Below, one piece after another: positions 44,845-45,738 of a stretch of DNA of 45,738 nucleotides. The DNA lies in the NCBI GenBank assembly GCA_038885615.1, contig JAVZZP010000004.1, positions 1 through 45,738 on the forward strand. The letters are read 5' to 3'. The position numbers were made by a program, and so were the translations under genes. Every line of letters starts with the position of its first letter. Position 1 is the stretch's first letter. Under the pieces are notes generated by a model that saw only the letters and a list, made by a program, of their open reading frames with translations, ran no database searches and was not told where the DNA came from. Source of the stretch: Candidatus Pacearchaeota archaeon (GTDB lineage Archaea; Nanobdellota; Nanobdellia; Pacearchaeales; GW2011-AR1).

Positions 44845-45557
44845 CTATTGCACATAAATCTCCTATAGTTAAAGCCATTGTTTTTAACTTGATAAGAGAA
44901 GTTCATTATGAAAAATTCAGGTTAAATAAAAAATATTCAATTGATGTTTCCATAATTCCAGAAATAAAAGAAGATATTATCATAAAAAAAGGTTATAAAA
45001 CAAATGAAGTTATCCTTAAAAAGAGGACTGTTAGCATATTAATTCCAAAAAAACAAATTGTTATCAGAACAGAAACACCTATTCGGGAGGATAATAAGGA
45101 AAAAATAAAAAGCACTCCAACAGAATTCAAAGAGAGCTTAATAAATCAAAATGTTTCTTCTGAATTGATATCAGCAAAAGCACCCCCATCCAGCCAGATA
45201 AAAAGACCTGCAGAACAAATTCAACAAAAATCAAGAATCCGGATAGTTCCAATAAATCTTATGATTAATCCTCCTAATTATGGAAAACTTAATCCATTCA
45301 TAAGAGACCCTTCTGTTTCTATGATTTTTTGTGATGGTCCTGAAAAACCATTAAAAATAATTCGTAATGGGCAAGAACAAATTACAAATGTAGTAATGGT
45401 AAAACAAGAAATAATGAATCTTTTGTTCCAAATATCAGCTAAAACAAGAATACCCTTAATAGAAGAAGGAGTATATAGAGTTTCCTGGGATGACTTTATA
45501 ATTAATGCTATTGTCTCAGAATTTGTAGAATTAAGTTTTGTGATAAAGAAAATATAA
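44841..45557 (+). CDS. Hypothetical protein ending in a secretion-ATPase N-domain-like module
   Basis: C-terminal ~90 aa resemble the N-domain of the 22330 ATPase; no Walker motifs. Confidence 0.65.
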   Translation: MTIAHKSPIVKAIVFNLIREVHYEKFRLNKKYSIDVSIIPEIKEDIIIKKGYKTNEVILKKRTVSILIPKKQIVIRTETPIREDNKEKIKSTPTEFKESLINQNVSSELISAKAPPSSQIKRPAEQIQQKSRIRIVPINLMINPPNYGKLNPFIRDPSVSMIFCDGPEKPLKIIRNGQEQITNVVMVKQEIMNLLFQISAKTRIPLIEEGVYRVSWDDFIINAIVSEFVELSFVIKKI

Positions 45558-45558
45558 A

Positions 45559-45738
45559 ATGGAAAGTGAAATAAAAAAAGAAAAAATAAAAGAAAGTCTT
45601 GAACTAACTAAAAAAGCTCTAGAAATCGCTGAAAGAAATATTTTAAAAAAAACCGAAGGAAAAAAAATAATTGAGATGGTAAAAGCATACTTAGAGGATT
45701 CAAAATATTTCTTAGATAAAGGAGATTTTATAAACTCT
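45559..45738 (+). CDS. DUF357-like protein (truncated by the window end)
   Basis: MESEIKKE..EMVKAYLEDSKYFLDKGDFINS. Confidence 0.7.
   Translation, partial: MESEIKKEKIKESLELTKKALEIAERNILKKTEGKKIIEMVKAYLEDSKYFLDKGDFINS

Overview
AT-rich, gene-dense window from a reduced-genome archaeon. Gene content and rRNA style suggest DPANN, probably Pacearchaeota/Woesearchaeota-like; this is an inference. It holds a minus-strand 16S-tRNA(Ala)-23S operon with no 5S seen, and five more tRNAs: Ser-GCU, Glu-UUC, Gln-UUG, and intron-containing Ile-UAU and Tyr-GUA. Information-processing genes include HisRS, TrpRS, ArgRS, EF-1a, TBP, uS15, RecJ/DHH, CCA enzyme, RNase J, Pop5, proteasome alpha, Kae1, YchF, EndoQ, an XPD/DinG-like helicase and a split Dph2. 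There is also a HemK-Trm9-like-bacterial-type TGT cluster, a type IV pilin/ATPase operon, a large surface subtilase and several decaying genes. The most unusual structure is a ~1.14 kb module (38384-39520). In it, a YdjM-like membrane hydrolase gene with its own promoter is enclosed by four nested inverted-repeat pairs whose outer ends resemble tyrosine-recombinase (attC/dif-like) half sites, with no recombinase in the window. Other notable items: an identical TTTCATTGAAA hairpin in two unrelated tRNA introns, rRNA processing stems without an obvious bulge-helix-bulge, a stand-alone secretion-ATPase N-domain protein, and an unannotated 41-aa basic protein. All calls come from motif reading by eye; no database searches were run.
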